From Candidatus Jordarchaeales archaeon (GTDB lineage Archaea > Asgardarchaeota > Jordiarchaeia > Jordiarchaeales > Freyrarchaeaceae): a DNA stretch of 32,000 nt. Shown piece by piece: positions 18,178-26,946 of this stretch; the first letter of the stretch is position 1, and the number at the start of each line of letters is the position of its first letter. The translations under genes were made by a program, and so were the position numbers. The stretch is from contig JAWAHN010000003.1 of assembly GCA_038889235.1 (NCBI GenBank), forward strand, positions 8,063 through 40,062, read 5' to 3'. Under the pieces are notes generated by a model. It saw nothing but the letters and a program-made list of their open reading frames with translations, made no database searches and was not told the origin of the DNA.

Positions 18178-18700
18178 AACTTTTCCGCCGTCGTTTGGCC
18201 TCCAGTTCCTCTTTCACGCTTTTTGCACCGCTTTTCCGAGCTAAAGCCCGGTTTTTCTGAGCATAGTCTTGGACTATCACAAGCGCCACGCTTTACGTTG
18301 AAGCTGTTAGAGTTACGCTTAGCATAGCTGTTTTAATGAAAAAGTCAAAGTGGTCGACGCACCGACTGATATTGGTCTTCTCCCCGCACAATGCCCCGAT
18401 AAACTAGCTATTAATTAACTCTATGTGGCAGTGCGCTCTGACGTGGCGCCTGAGGATATAGAGCTCTAACGTTTAATGTAATGGTAGAGCTTGGCGGGTA
18501 CCATTCTAGCTTTTGTCCCCCTCAACGCGATCGGCAAAATGTTCGTTGACGTGGCGGCTTCCAGAGGTCTCGGGGTTACCGGGTCACAAGCTAACCGGAA
18601 AACTAAAGAAACACGCTTCCCCTATTCCATTATTTTAAAGACAAAGCCCCCTTTGAACTTCTTAAACTTTCTCGTGGAGATTGTAGCGGCGGGTGGTGTT

Positions 18701-19240
18701 ATGAAAAAATTTAAGCTCACGATAGAGCTTGTCCCCACCCCACTCTGGTTTTCATCTCTGTACAACCTTTACAGGAATGCTGGGATTCCTGAAGAGTGGC
18801 GTAGGATTAAAGCCGAACTTTTCAGAAAGGAGGGGAGAAAGTGTTGGATCTGTGGCAGGGAGGATAGGCGCTTGGAGGCTCACGAGTTCTGGGAGTACGA
18901 TGACGAGAGACATGTTCAGAGACTTGTCGCTATACACCATCTGTGTGACCTCTGCCACAAGGTTAAGCACATAGGGTTCTGGTGTTACACTGAGGAGGGC
19001 AGGAGGAGGCTGAGGAGTGAGGGATTAAGCGAGGAGCATCTGATCGAGCACTTCTGTAGGGTTAACAACTGTTCCAGGGAAGAATTTGAGAAACACAAAA
19101 ATGAGGCTTTCAGAGTTTGGATGGAGAGGAACATGCACTCGTGGACACAGGACCTCGGAGAATACGACCCTGAAAAGAGGAGGGCGAGGCTGCGGGGGCG
19201 TGAACCCAGCTCAAAAACGCCTACTAAGATGCCTTTATAA
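18701..19240 (+). CDS. HNH-endonuclease-like zinc-binding protein
   Basis: ATG at 18701 after GGTGGT; KLTIELVP, CWICG, LEAHEFWEY, LCDLCHKVKH. Track start 18491 adds non-coding-looking sequence. Confidence 0.7.
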   Translation: MKKFKLTIELVPTPLWFSSLYNLYRNAGIPEEWRRIKAELFRKEGRKCWICGREDRRLEAHEFWEYDDERHVQRLVAIHHLCDLCHKVKHIGFWCYTEEGRRRLRSEGLSEEHLIEHFCRVNNCSREEFEKHKNEAFRVWMERNMHSWTQDLGEYDPEKRRARLRGREPSSKTPTKMPL

Positions 19241-20726
19241 GTGGGATTTCCTCCTCACCCTCACGATGAGCCGCCTTCCTCCTCGCCAGGAAGTCGTAGT
19301 ATGTCTTGGCGTTTCTCAGTGCGTCGCACAGCCTCCTCATGTCCGGGTAAACAGGTATCCTCTCCTTGGCTAGTATGTCCCTCAATTTAACCCATAGTGC
19401 CTCGTCACCTATGGGTGAGAGAACCACTGCGAACGGCTTCCCTTCTTTTATGGCTTTCTTGCCTGAACTCACCAGCGCATCGGTGAACTCTCCTTTGAAC
19501 GCGTCACTCTGCCTCCAGTTGTAAGCCAGGTACATTACAGGAAGATCGAAGACTATCAAGTCTATGTTTGGGTCGCTTGCAATAGCATCTATGACGGTTG
19601 AAACAACTACCGGGTTGTAGTATGCACCCGACACGTCGACCGGGTTCGTGGCACTTATCCCCTCCGGGTAAACTCGTCTAACTTCCTCCTCTATCACTCT
19701 GACAGTTTCCTCGCTTAATGGGGGAACCTTGAACCCAGCCTCGGATAGGAGGTCGCTTATCGTAACGCTTGCTCCGCCACTAATGGACACGCTGCCAACC
19801 CTGTTCCCCCTCAACGGTGGAAGGAACGAGAATGTGAGCGCTGTGTCAACAAGCTCTTCAAGCGTCTTAACTTCGACAACACCCGTCTGCCTGAAAACCG
19901 CGCTCCATATCCTGTAGCTCCCAGCTAGAGACCCTGTGTGAGAGGCGCATGCCCGTGCCCCGTCCTCACTCCTCCCTCCTTTCCACACTACCAGAGGCTT
20001 CTTTAAGGAGACTTCTAGGAAAGCTTCTGCAAGCCTCTCAGCGCTCTTAACTCCCTCAATGTAGGCAGTCACAACACGCGTCTCCTCGTCATCCTTAAAG
20101 TACGACAGCAGTTCTTCAAGCCCTATATCGCAAGCGTTGCCGTAGCTCACAACCTTGCTAAACCTCAACCCCCTAGTATAGCCGTAAAGTATCACAAGGT
20201 TAGCCAAGCCTCCACTTTGGCTCACGAAGGCGACGTCTCCGGGTTCAAGGGGGAGGTTTATCCTCCAGGCGAGACCCACCCTGGGGTTGTAAAGGCCGAG
20301 GCAGTTCGGTCCAAGCACACGCGTGCGGGTCCCTTTAATGGTCTCCTTAATCTTTTCCTCCAGTTCTATGCCCTCCCTGCGCCCCGTTTCGCTGAAACCC
20401 GCCGTGAATATGGCGACGAGTTTTGCTCCTTTCTCGACGCAGTCCTTAACTATCTCTGGAACCGTGTGCGCCGGGGTTTCTATGAAGACGTAGTCGACTT
20501 TGTCCGGGATATCCGTCACTCGGGGGTAGACCTTTAACCCCAACTCCGGTATCTCGCTCCTACTGGGATTAACCACGTACACTCTTCCCTTGAACCTTAG
20601 GAAAGACCTAAGGAAGAAATAGCCTCTTTTGCTTGAAGCCCCAACGTCAACTACTGTTTCAGGGTTAAAGGCTTCGTCTAACTCGCTCTTCAAGTTGCAT
20701 AGCCTCCGACCGGAAGTCCATTGCAA
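19224..20726 (-). CDS. NDP-forming acyl-CoA synthetase alpha subunit (CoA-binding), stand-alone
   Basis: FNPET..VGAS, YVVNP, FTAGFSE, GPNCLG, SQSGG, VSYGNACD, ASHTGSLAGS, SGGASV, NPVD; likely TTG start at 20693. Confidence 0.9.
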   Translation of the reverse strand: MQWTSGRRLCNLKSELDEAFNPETVVDVGASSKRGYFFLRSFLRFKGRVYVVNPSRSEIPELGLKVYPRVTDIPDKVDYVFIETPAHTVPEIVKDCVEKGAKLVAIFTAGFSETGRREGIELEEKIKETIKGTRTRVLGPNCLGLYNPRVGLAWRINLPLEPGDVAFVSQSGGLANLVILYGYTRGLRFSKVVSYGNACDIGLEELLSYFKDDEETRVVTAYIEGVKSAERLAEAFLEVSLKKPLVVWKGGRSEDGARACASHTGSLAGSYRIWSAVFRQTGVVEVKTLEELVDTALTFSFLPPLRGNRVGSVSISGGASVTISDLLSEAGFKVPPLSEETVRVIEEEVRRVYPEGISATNPVDVSGAYYNPVVVSTVIDAIASDPNIDLIVFDLPVMYLAYNWRQSDAFKGEFTDALVSSGKKAIKEGKPFAVVLSPIGDEALWVKLRDILAKERIPVYPDMRRLCDALRNAKTYYDFLARRKAAHREGEEEIPLIKAS

Positions 20727-20890
20727 AAATTCACTTGCCCGCCTGTAAGTCCGGGCGGGTTATGAACACTATCCTCTCACCTTTGTTTTTTAAGTTTTCC
20801 CTTTTTCGTTTCAAAGAGCATTACGGTAGGAGAAAAATAAATAACGCTTCCTTCCCTATTTTCTTTTTGCTAAAATGGGGGTCGAGTGCC

Positions 20891-21226
20891 TTGGAGGAGC
20901 CTAGTTCTGAGGACAGCAGTTTTAGCAGCGGGCTCCTTCCCGTTTTAGCTGAAATAAAGAGGCGTCTCGAAAACGTCTGTAGGGATAAGATCGTCGACAT
21001 AATACCATTCGGGATCGAACGGTCTAAGAACCTAGAAGGCGTTGACGCGGCAATAGTGTTGAAAGAGGAAGAAGAACTTAACAATAGTGCGAAGAGGATA
21101 AGCAAGGTTCTAGAAGAGGTTCTTAAAGAGAAGAAGATAAGGGTGCGCTTCATATCACAGGAGAAGCTCGAAAAAACCATGTGGCCCCTGTACATTCAGA
21201 GGAAGTCTGTTAGGAGGGCGCAGTGA
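20891..21226 (+). CDS. Degenerate nucleotidyltransferase-fold-like small protein
   Basis: EIKRRLENVC.DKIVDIIPFG...VDAAIVL...IRVRFISQEKL follows the MNT layout but lacks GS and DxD; TTG at 20891 chosen (track start 20735); stop overlaps the sirtuin GTG. Confidence 0.5.
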   Translation: MEEPSSEDSSFSSGLLPVLAEIKRRLENVCRDKIVDIIPFGIERSKNLEGVDAAIVLKEEEELNNSAKRISKVLEEVLKEKKIRVRFISQEKLEKTMWPLYIQRKSVRRAQ

Positions 21227-22041
21227 CCCCGCCAGCTCGGGGTGTTAATCATCCAGTGTCCTCCTGGGGGAGGGGTTCGTTTCTGGGCGTTAGTCGTGAA
21301 ATGCTGGCTAAGCTCGTAGACATACCTGTGAGTAAGCGTTTACGCGTCGTAGCGTTAACTGGAGCCGGTGTTTCAGCCGAGAGTGGTGTCCCCATTTTCC
21401 GGGGCCCGGGATCCATGTGGGAGATTCCAGAGGTTAGAGAGCTTGCCCGTAGGGCTGGTCCACCGTGGAATAACAGGGAGACATGGGAGTTCTACGAGTG
21501 GAGGAGGGGGCTTGTGGCGCGCTGCAAGCCTAACGCCGCCCACCTAACGCTTGCGGAGATGGAGCGTTACTTTGAAGACTTCTGCCTCATAACGCAGAAC
21601 GTCGACGGGCTCCACTGGAGGGCTGGAAGCAAGCACGTCCTCGAGCTTCACGGCAGTATGTGGAAGGGACGGTGCCCCAAGGATGGAGCCGTAGTAGATC
21701 TTCCCGAAACGCCTCTCAAGAGCATTCCGCCAGTGCACGAGTGTGGAACCCCAATGCGCCCCCACGTCGTGCAGTTCGGAGAGCCAATAGACCCCGACGT
21801 TTTGAGGAAGGCTGTGGCCGCGAGCAGAAAGGCTGACCTATTCCTCGTCATCGGCACTTCCGGCGTTGTGGCACCTGCATCCCACCTTCCTCTCATAGCC
21901 CTCGAAAGAGGGGCGAAGCTCATAGAAGTTAACCCCAGAACCACAGTCCTGACTCCATACATGCACCTCTCCGTCAGGGGTAAAGCTGCAGAAGTTTTAC
22001 CAAGAATTTGGAAGATACTTGTCGGCGAAGAAAAATATTAA
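21223..22041 (+). CDS. cobB: NAD-dependent protein deacylase, class III sirtuin
   Basis: LTGAGVSAESG, PNAAH, TQNVDGLH, ELHGS, RPHVVQFGE, VIGTSG, EVNP; YEWR (YxxR) class III motif; alternative start ATG 21301. Confidence 0.93.
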   Translation: MTPPARGVNHPVSSWGRGSFLGVSREMLAKLVDIPVSKRLRVVALTGAGVSAESGVPIFRGPGSMWEIPEVRELARRAGPPWNNRETWEFYEWRRGLVARCKPNAAHLTLAEMERYFEDFCLITQNVDGLHWRAGSKHVLELHGSMWKGRCPKDGAVVDLPETPLKSIPPVHECGTPMRPHVVQFGEPIDPDVLRKAVAASRKADLFLVIGTSGVVAPASHLPLIALERGAKLIEVNPRTTVLTPYMHLSVRGKAAEVLPRIWKILVGEEKY

Positions 22042-22109
22042 TCCGCGTACCGCACCTGTTTCTTTAGTGTTGTTTTGAGCAATAAGTCAGAGGTGGGGGT
22101 GGTGGAGGG

Positions 22110-22910
22110 TTGCCTTACGCTAAAGTTAGAGACATAAACATGTACTACGAGGTTTACGGCAGCGGTTTCCCGTTGGTCATGATCATGGGACTTGGAGCAA
22201 ACACTTACTGGTGGGACCCGTACCTGATAGACGAGTTTTCAAAGCACTTCAAGGTTGTGGTTTTCGACAACAGGGGCGCCGGAAGAACAGATAAGCCCGC
22301 CGTGGACTACACCATGAAAATGTTCGCCGACGACACTGTTGGGCTAATGGACTACCTGGGAATAAAGAAGGCGCACATTCTAGGCGTTTCGATGGGTGGA
22401 ATGATAGCCCAAGAGATCGCACTAAACTACCCTGAGCGCGTCGAAAAACTTGTCCTGTGCGTCACAGCTCCAGGTGGACGTGTAACAGTTCCACCCAAAC
22501 CTGAAGCGATGGCCCTGCTGACAATGGATAGGAGTAAGCTCACCGACGAGCAAATAGCGATGGAAACCATCAAGGTCCTCTACCCCAAAGAATTCATCGA
22601 GAAACACCCAGAAATAGTCAAAGTCTCCTTGGAGAGACTCTCGAAGTACGTGATCCCGACGGACGCTTTCATGAGACAGATTAACGCCATATTAAAGTTC
22701 GACGCCTACGATAGGCTGAGCCACATCAATAAGCCAACGCTGGTCGTCTCGGGAGGAAAAGACATACTGGTCCCACCGGAAAACGGAAAGCTTATCGCAG
22801 AGAAGATACCGAATGCCAAGCTGGTAATATTCGAAGAGTCAGGCCACGGACTTATAACGCAGGAAAGGGAGAGGTTCGCCAGCCTAGTAATAGACTTCCT
22901 CAAGAAATAG
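22110..22910 (+). CDS. Alpha/beta hydrolase (enol-lactone hydrolase/CatD-like)
   Basis: VMIMGLG, FDNRGAGRT, LGVSMGGMIA, GGKDILVP, ESGHG. Confidence 0.9.
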   Translation: MPYAKVRDINMYYEVYGSGFPLVMIMGLGANTYWWDPYLIDEFSKHFKVVVFDNRGAGRTDKPAVDYTMKMFADDTVGLMDYLGIKKAHILGVSMGGMIAQEIALNYPERVEKLVLCVTAPGGRVTVPPKPEAMALLTMDRSKLTDEQIAMETIKVLYPKEFIEKHPEIVKVSLERLSKYVIPTDAFMRQINAILKFDAYDRLSHINKPTLVVSGGKDILVPPENGKLIAEKIPNAKLVIFEESGHGLITQERERFASLVIDFLKK

Positions 22911-23202
22911 CAGTATCCCCTTGTTTCCCACGAGCAGACAGGAAATTCCGGAAGGACCGGGGCTCCCGATTTATTAATTTTTGTGGAGTTGAAAATAGCT
23001 GGTGCTATATGCCTCTCAACACGCACTAAATAACTTTTTTGTAGCGTGTAAAACCCTACTTGTCCGGCGTGCGGCGTGAAGGTTGAAGTTCCTGGAATAT
23101 TCCTGTGAATGGTATATTCGAAGCTCAACTTATTGAGAGGTTCACGCTTTGTGATGGTTGAAAGTCTCTCGTTCGTCTCGCCTATGCAGCATAAGGCTGT
23201 TT

Positions 23203-23634
23203 TCACCACCAGAACAGAAGTTTAACTCTCGGCTTTGAAAGGTACCAAACTGCTGCCAGTCCGAGGAAGATGACTGCTACTCCGCTTACGACGTTAAAGT
23301 AAGGGAATTTCTGTGAAAGCAAGGCGATGAAAGTGCTTCTCGAGGAAAGCTGGTCGGGGGAGACGAAAATTCCAACCAAGCCGGCAAGTACCATGAACGA
23401 GGAAAACACTATGATGATTAACCTCCCCCAGTTTTTGAGCTGGAAAAGAGCTACGGCGGAAACGCCAAACGTCAGTCCTACCGCGAGAAACATTGCGAGT
23501 AAAGCTGCGTCCAAAGGCTGGAGGAGACCCCAGCTAATCAGGTTTTCTAAGCCCCAAATAGAAACGGCGACCAAGAGAGCGCCAAAAGCGCAATATGCCA
23601 GGCTGAAAAAAGTGATCCCCTTAGTGCGCTCCAT
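23203..23634 (-). CDS. Hypothetical 4-TM membrane protein
   Basis: Four hydrophobic segments; LKNWGR loop; ends YLSKPRVKLLF; ATG 23634 follows GGTGA (the track GTG at 23643 is part of the RBS). Confidence 0.75.
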   Translation of the reverse strand: MERTKGITFFSLAYCAFGALLVAVSIWGLENLISWGLLQPLDAALLAMFLAVGLTFGVSAVALFQLKNWGRLIIIVFSSFMVLAGLVGIFVSPDQLSSRSTFIALLSQKFPYFNVVSGVAVIFLGLAAVWYLSKPRVKLLFWW

Positions 23635-23893
23635 GCCAATCACCCTTTTAAATCAGAGTATACCACCCCGCTCAGGAACCTATTCTACTTAACTCCTCCG
23701 AAGCAAATGTAGCACCGGGCAACGTCCATTAAACATGAAATAGATGGGCGGCTCTTCCTCTTTTTTATTTCTGTCGAACCTCCTCTCAGTCGGCAGTTTT
23801 CCACGTGAACATCTTTCTCGCTACGGGCAGCCCCCTAAAGGAGGAAATCTTAAAAAGGGTTTTTAATTCTTATACGGGTTGGGGGGGTTTGTA

Positions 23894-24940
23894 ATGTCAT
23901 TTCTTAAGCCTCCATCTCCCGATGAGGTCTTCTCGATATGGGTTAGCGGGATGAGAGATGACGAGGTCGAGGAGCTTTTCGCCCGAAAGGATATGCCGTT
24001 CGATAGGTCAAGCGTGTCTGCCGCGGAATTTGTTAAGGAAGTTGACAGGAAGATCGCAGTATTTTTCATGTCAAAGGTTGAAACCGAAAGTTTAGAGTCT
24101 GAAAAGAAGGAGAGCAACTACGAAGGACTGCTAAAAGTTAAATTCTACGAGTTCCCTAAGGGGAAGGTTTCACCCGAACTCAAGCTAGACTCTAGGCTCC
24201 CCATGTTCAACTCGCTAGAGAAAGTTGAGTGCTCTGAATGTGCCGGTAAAGGCTATCTCGAGTGCGATAAGTGCGGTGGAAAAGGAACTTTACCTTGCAG
24301 TGAATGTGGCGAGAGCGGAGAGGTTTCTTGCGATGAGTGTGATGGATCCAAAGAGATTACGCTAACCCTGAGCGTTATTTCGAATGGAGAGGAAGTGGAG
24401 AAGGAGCTGAAAATCCAGTGCCCCACGTGCTTCGGCTCCGGAAAAGTGGTGTGTGGCAAGTGTGGCGGGCTCACCAAGCTCGTCTGCAACGAGTGCGAAG
24501 GAGACGGCAAGTTCCCCTGCAAGAAGTGTAAAGGCGCCGGCATTGTTTTCTCATACAGCATCTCGCCCCCGCCTGTTTCAGGGAAAAAAGCTTACCTCAT
24601 ATACTCTAAGCCCGAGATAGATGAAGCTTTATCAGAAATGCTGGTGGATAAGATAAGCCAGCTTGAAGCCGTAAAGGTGAACGACTACAAACAACTTAAC
24701 AAAGACGACCTAGAAGCCCTGCTCGGCTTCTACAACAAGGACGTAGACAGTAAAGCCAGCAGGGCGAGGAAACTTTTCGCTGAACTCGAAAAGAAAGCCG
24801 ACAAGACTGGTGAAACACCACTCTACCCAATATACATATTCCCGATAGTAAGGCTGGACGTAGAAACAGTCAAAGGGAAAAGAATACAAGTGTTTGCGGT
24901 GGGGGGCGAGAAAAACTACACCACAATCACACTGCGATGA
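23894..24940 (+). CDS. CxxCxGxG repeat zinc-finger protein without J domain (SSUH2-like architecture)
   Basis: Eight CxxC units: CSECAGKG, CDKCGGKG, CSECGESG, CDECDGSK, CPTCFGSG, CGKCGGLT, CNECEGDG, CKKCKGAG; no HPD motif. Confidence 0.8.
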   Translation: MSFLKPPSPDEVFSIWVSGMRDDEVEELFARKDMPFDRSSVSAAEFVKEVDRKIAVFFMSKVETESLESEKKESNYEGLLKVKFYEFPKGKVSPELKLDSRLPMFNSLEKVECSECAGKGYLECDKCGGKGTLPCSECGESGEVSCDECDGSKEITLTLSVISNGEEVEKELKIQCPTCFGSGKVVCGKCGGLTKLVCNECEGDGKFPCKKCKGAGIVFSYSISPPPVSGKKAYLIYSKPEIDEALSEMLVDKISQLEAVKVNDYKQLNKDDLEALLGFYNKDVDSKASRARKLFAELEKKADKTGETPLYPIYIFPIVRLDVETVKGKRIQVFAVGGEKNYTTITLR

Positions 24941-25160
24941 AATCAACCTCCCCTTTTTCGACTACGAACAGCCCCCCACAAAAAGGGGACAACATCTTTC
25001 CCTCCCTTAGGAAAAGCAAGTTGGACCATCAAAGGAAATGGCGAAAGGAATAACGCTTTTAAGATAGACGCTAGGCAGCTTTCAGCAGAGTTTTTATATA
25101 TCTTAAAGGTGAGGTTTCTTGAAAAAGGTAATCAGTTAAACCTCCGTTGGAGGATTAGGC

Positions 25161-25556
25161 GTGGATTTAGACAAAGCAATCGTGGTAGTCGCTAGGCGCA
25201 TGAATAAACGCGCAGAGGAGCTGAGAGGGAGAACTCCAATTGTCGAGGTAATCGATCATGTTATGAGCGAAACTAAGTGTAAGAATTATGAAGAATTCTT
25301 TAGAATTCTTCTTGAGAATCCAAGGGTGCTTTATGATCTGGCTTCACTAAGAGTGAAAAACGCGATAGTTGACTCGTTTTTAAGCATGTTGTTCACGGAA
25401 ATTTTCTCGAGGTTTGGCTTAGGAGAGTTGGGCCCCCTCCTCCTCGAAGCTATAAAAGCCGGGGACAAGGCAGAAGTCAAAAAGATTTTTCTGAAAGTTG
25501 CTGAAGCCGTGAAGGAAGCAGAAGAGAAAGAAAGTAAAACCTCTATCGAAACATAA
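25161..25556 (+). CDS. Hypothetical small helical protein
   Basis: 131 aa, GGAGG RBS, TATA-like TTTTATATA at 25092-25100, T-rich tract after stop, Glu/Lys-rich amphipathic composition; no family recognised. Confidence 0.75.
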   Translation: MDLDKAIVVVARRMNKRAEELRGRTPIVEVIDHVMSETKCKNYEEFFRILLENPRVLYDLASLRVKNAIVDSFLSMLFTEIFSRFGLGELGPLLLEAIKAGDKAEVKKIFLKVAEAVKEAEEKESKTSIET

Positions 25557-26107
25557 TTTTTCTCTTACCTTTTGCTCATTACGAAAAAGGGAAGGGGGCT
25601 TGAATGCTCCTCAGCTCGCCGGGCTAGAAAGTGGCCACCAAGCTTTGGTGTAAGTGAAGCTTAAATTAGTCGACTTCGTTGTCATGTTGCTTACATGGGA
25701 AGCTTTGTCCGCGAATGTAATTTTAGAAAAACAGGAAACATTCTCTTGCCTGCTTAAGGCTTAACTTGGCATTGCTGAGATTTTCTTGAGGCAAGCGTTC
25801 TTCTGTCGGAGCTGTGTCACTCAACCCGGCGCTTGTTCTTTCAACCATACGAGCTTTAACGAGCGAAAACTTGCTTCCAAGTACATTTCCGTCTCTCTCA
25901 CAATTCCTCGTATTGCAGCGACTTATAGGCGTCCCGGCGTTTGCTGTTTTTCCAGAAGTGCTACTGAAGTTTCACCTGTTTTAATTTCTTTTGCAGCCCT
26001 CATACGCTGCTTCCTGAGCTTGGGTCTTCTGAGGACATTTTCCAGCGCGCATGTGATACCGTTCGTTTGGAAATGTCGTTTCACACTGTTCGAATTAAGA
26101 CGTAAAA

Positions 26108-26140
26108 TTTAAAACTTTGGTAATACTTTTTTGTAAAACA
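26108..26140 (+). promoter_or_regulatory. Promoter of ECF operon with candidate operator motifs
   Basis: TTTAAAA (26108-26114), then GTAATAC (26120-26126) and TTGTAAAACA (26131-26140) before ATG 26152. Confidence 0.45.
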
Positions 26141-26151
26141 GTAATATCAAT

Positions 26152-26946
26152 ATGAGGGTGTGCACCGTGCGCGGCTACTTTACGACGCGAGACCTAGCAT
26201 ACGTGTCCGTCACAACCGTGATGGTCTACGTGGTTGCTTTTGTGGCCATAATGAGTGTTTCGGCGTTCACAGCATTTCCGGGAGCTAAGTCCATCGCGTC
26301 AGCCTTCTTCACGGCGATAGTGCTCGCCTTGGGCGCCATGAGGGTCAGAAAAATCGGAGTGATGAGCTTCGTAACACTCCTGTGGGGCCTAATAAGCGCC
26401 TTCCTCTTCCCAGCAGTCCCCATACTCCTCCCCGCTACGCTAAGTGGTGGAGTAGCCGCAGACATCCTAGTCTTCCTTCTCAGAAAGGACTACTCAAGTG
26501 AGAGCGCGACCACCATTGCTTGCGGCGTCAGAAGCGGCGTCTCAACGCTCGTTGTGCTGTTGCTGGTGCTGGTTTTCGGCTCAAGCTCGCTTAGAGGCGC
26601 ACCGCTCATCTTCCAATTATATGGTGCCACGCTGAGAGTGCAGGCTTTCCTCATGTTCATCAGTTTGGCGGGTGTTCCACCAGATGTCGCGTCGCTCTTC
26701 GGAGTGATTCTTACCGTGGGTGTTCTAGGCGCCTTCATGCCGAACTTGGGTGTTCCGGGGGAAATTGTGGCGTTTGCCGCGCCACTCCTGAAATTGCTAG
26801 GTGTTCAGGCTGGTGGCGTTGAAGCAGTGTTAACCCCATCGCTGATCGTCGTTATTTCGGCTCTTTGCTTCGCTCTTGGAGCCGCTGGCGGGTATGTTGG
26901 GGCACGCATAGGCAGGGAGCTTAAACTCGCGGGGGTTTACAGGTGA
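26152..26946 (+). CDS. ECF transporter S component (MptD/TIGR02185-like), longer than typical
   Basis: FTTRDLAYVS, MRVRKIG, GGVAADIL..L.RKDY, GAAGGYVGARIGRELKLAGV; first gene of S-T-AA operon. Confidence 0.8.
   Translation: MRVCTVRGYFTTRDLAYVSVTTVMVYVVAFVAIMSVSAFTAFPGAKSIASAFFTAIVLALGAMRVRKIGVMSFVTLLWGLISAFLFPAVPILLPATLSGGVAADILVFLLRKDYSSESATTIACGVRSGVSTLVVLLLVLVFGSSSLRGAPLIFQLYGATLRVQAFLMFISLAGVPPDVASLFGVILTVGVLGAFMPNLGVPGEIVAFAAPLLKLLGVQAGGVEAVLTPSLIVVISALCFALGAAGGYVGARIGRELKLAGVYR

Noticed and set aside
18083-18289. Histone-fold-like phrase LARKSGAKSVKEE in a 68-aa minus-strand ORF
   Set aside because: An in-frame stop lies just upstream so helices 1-2 are missing; lacks the R..TI..ED residues; overlaps the hydrolase 3' end
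20660-20693. Pseudogene call for the second synthetase because of VVDVGAS instead of VAVVGAS
   Set aside because: Frame intact and all other motifs including the phospho-His present; one substitution is insufficient
22706-23209. 167-aa minus-strand ORF and a plus-strand CPACG peptide near 23055
   Set aside because: No start/RBS or family support; the ORF partly shadows the hydrolase gene and the CxxC peptide hits a stop after a few codons
23894-24940. DnaJ chaperone annotation
   Set aside because: No J domain or HPD motif, eight rather than four CxxCxGxG units, no dnaK/grpE nearby
25786-26112. 108-aa plus-strand ORF in the 600-nt gap before the ECF operon
   Set aside because: Atypical Cys/Ser/Phe-rich composition, no RBS, and it runs into the ECF promoter; no homology recognised on either strand
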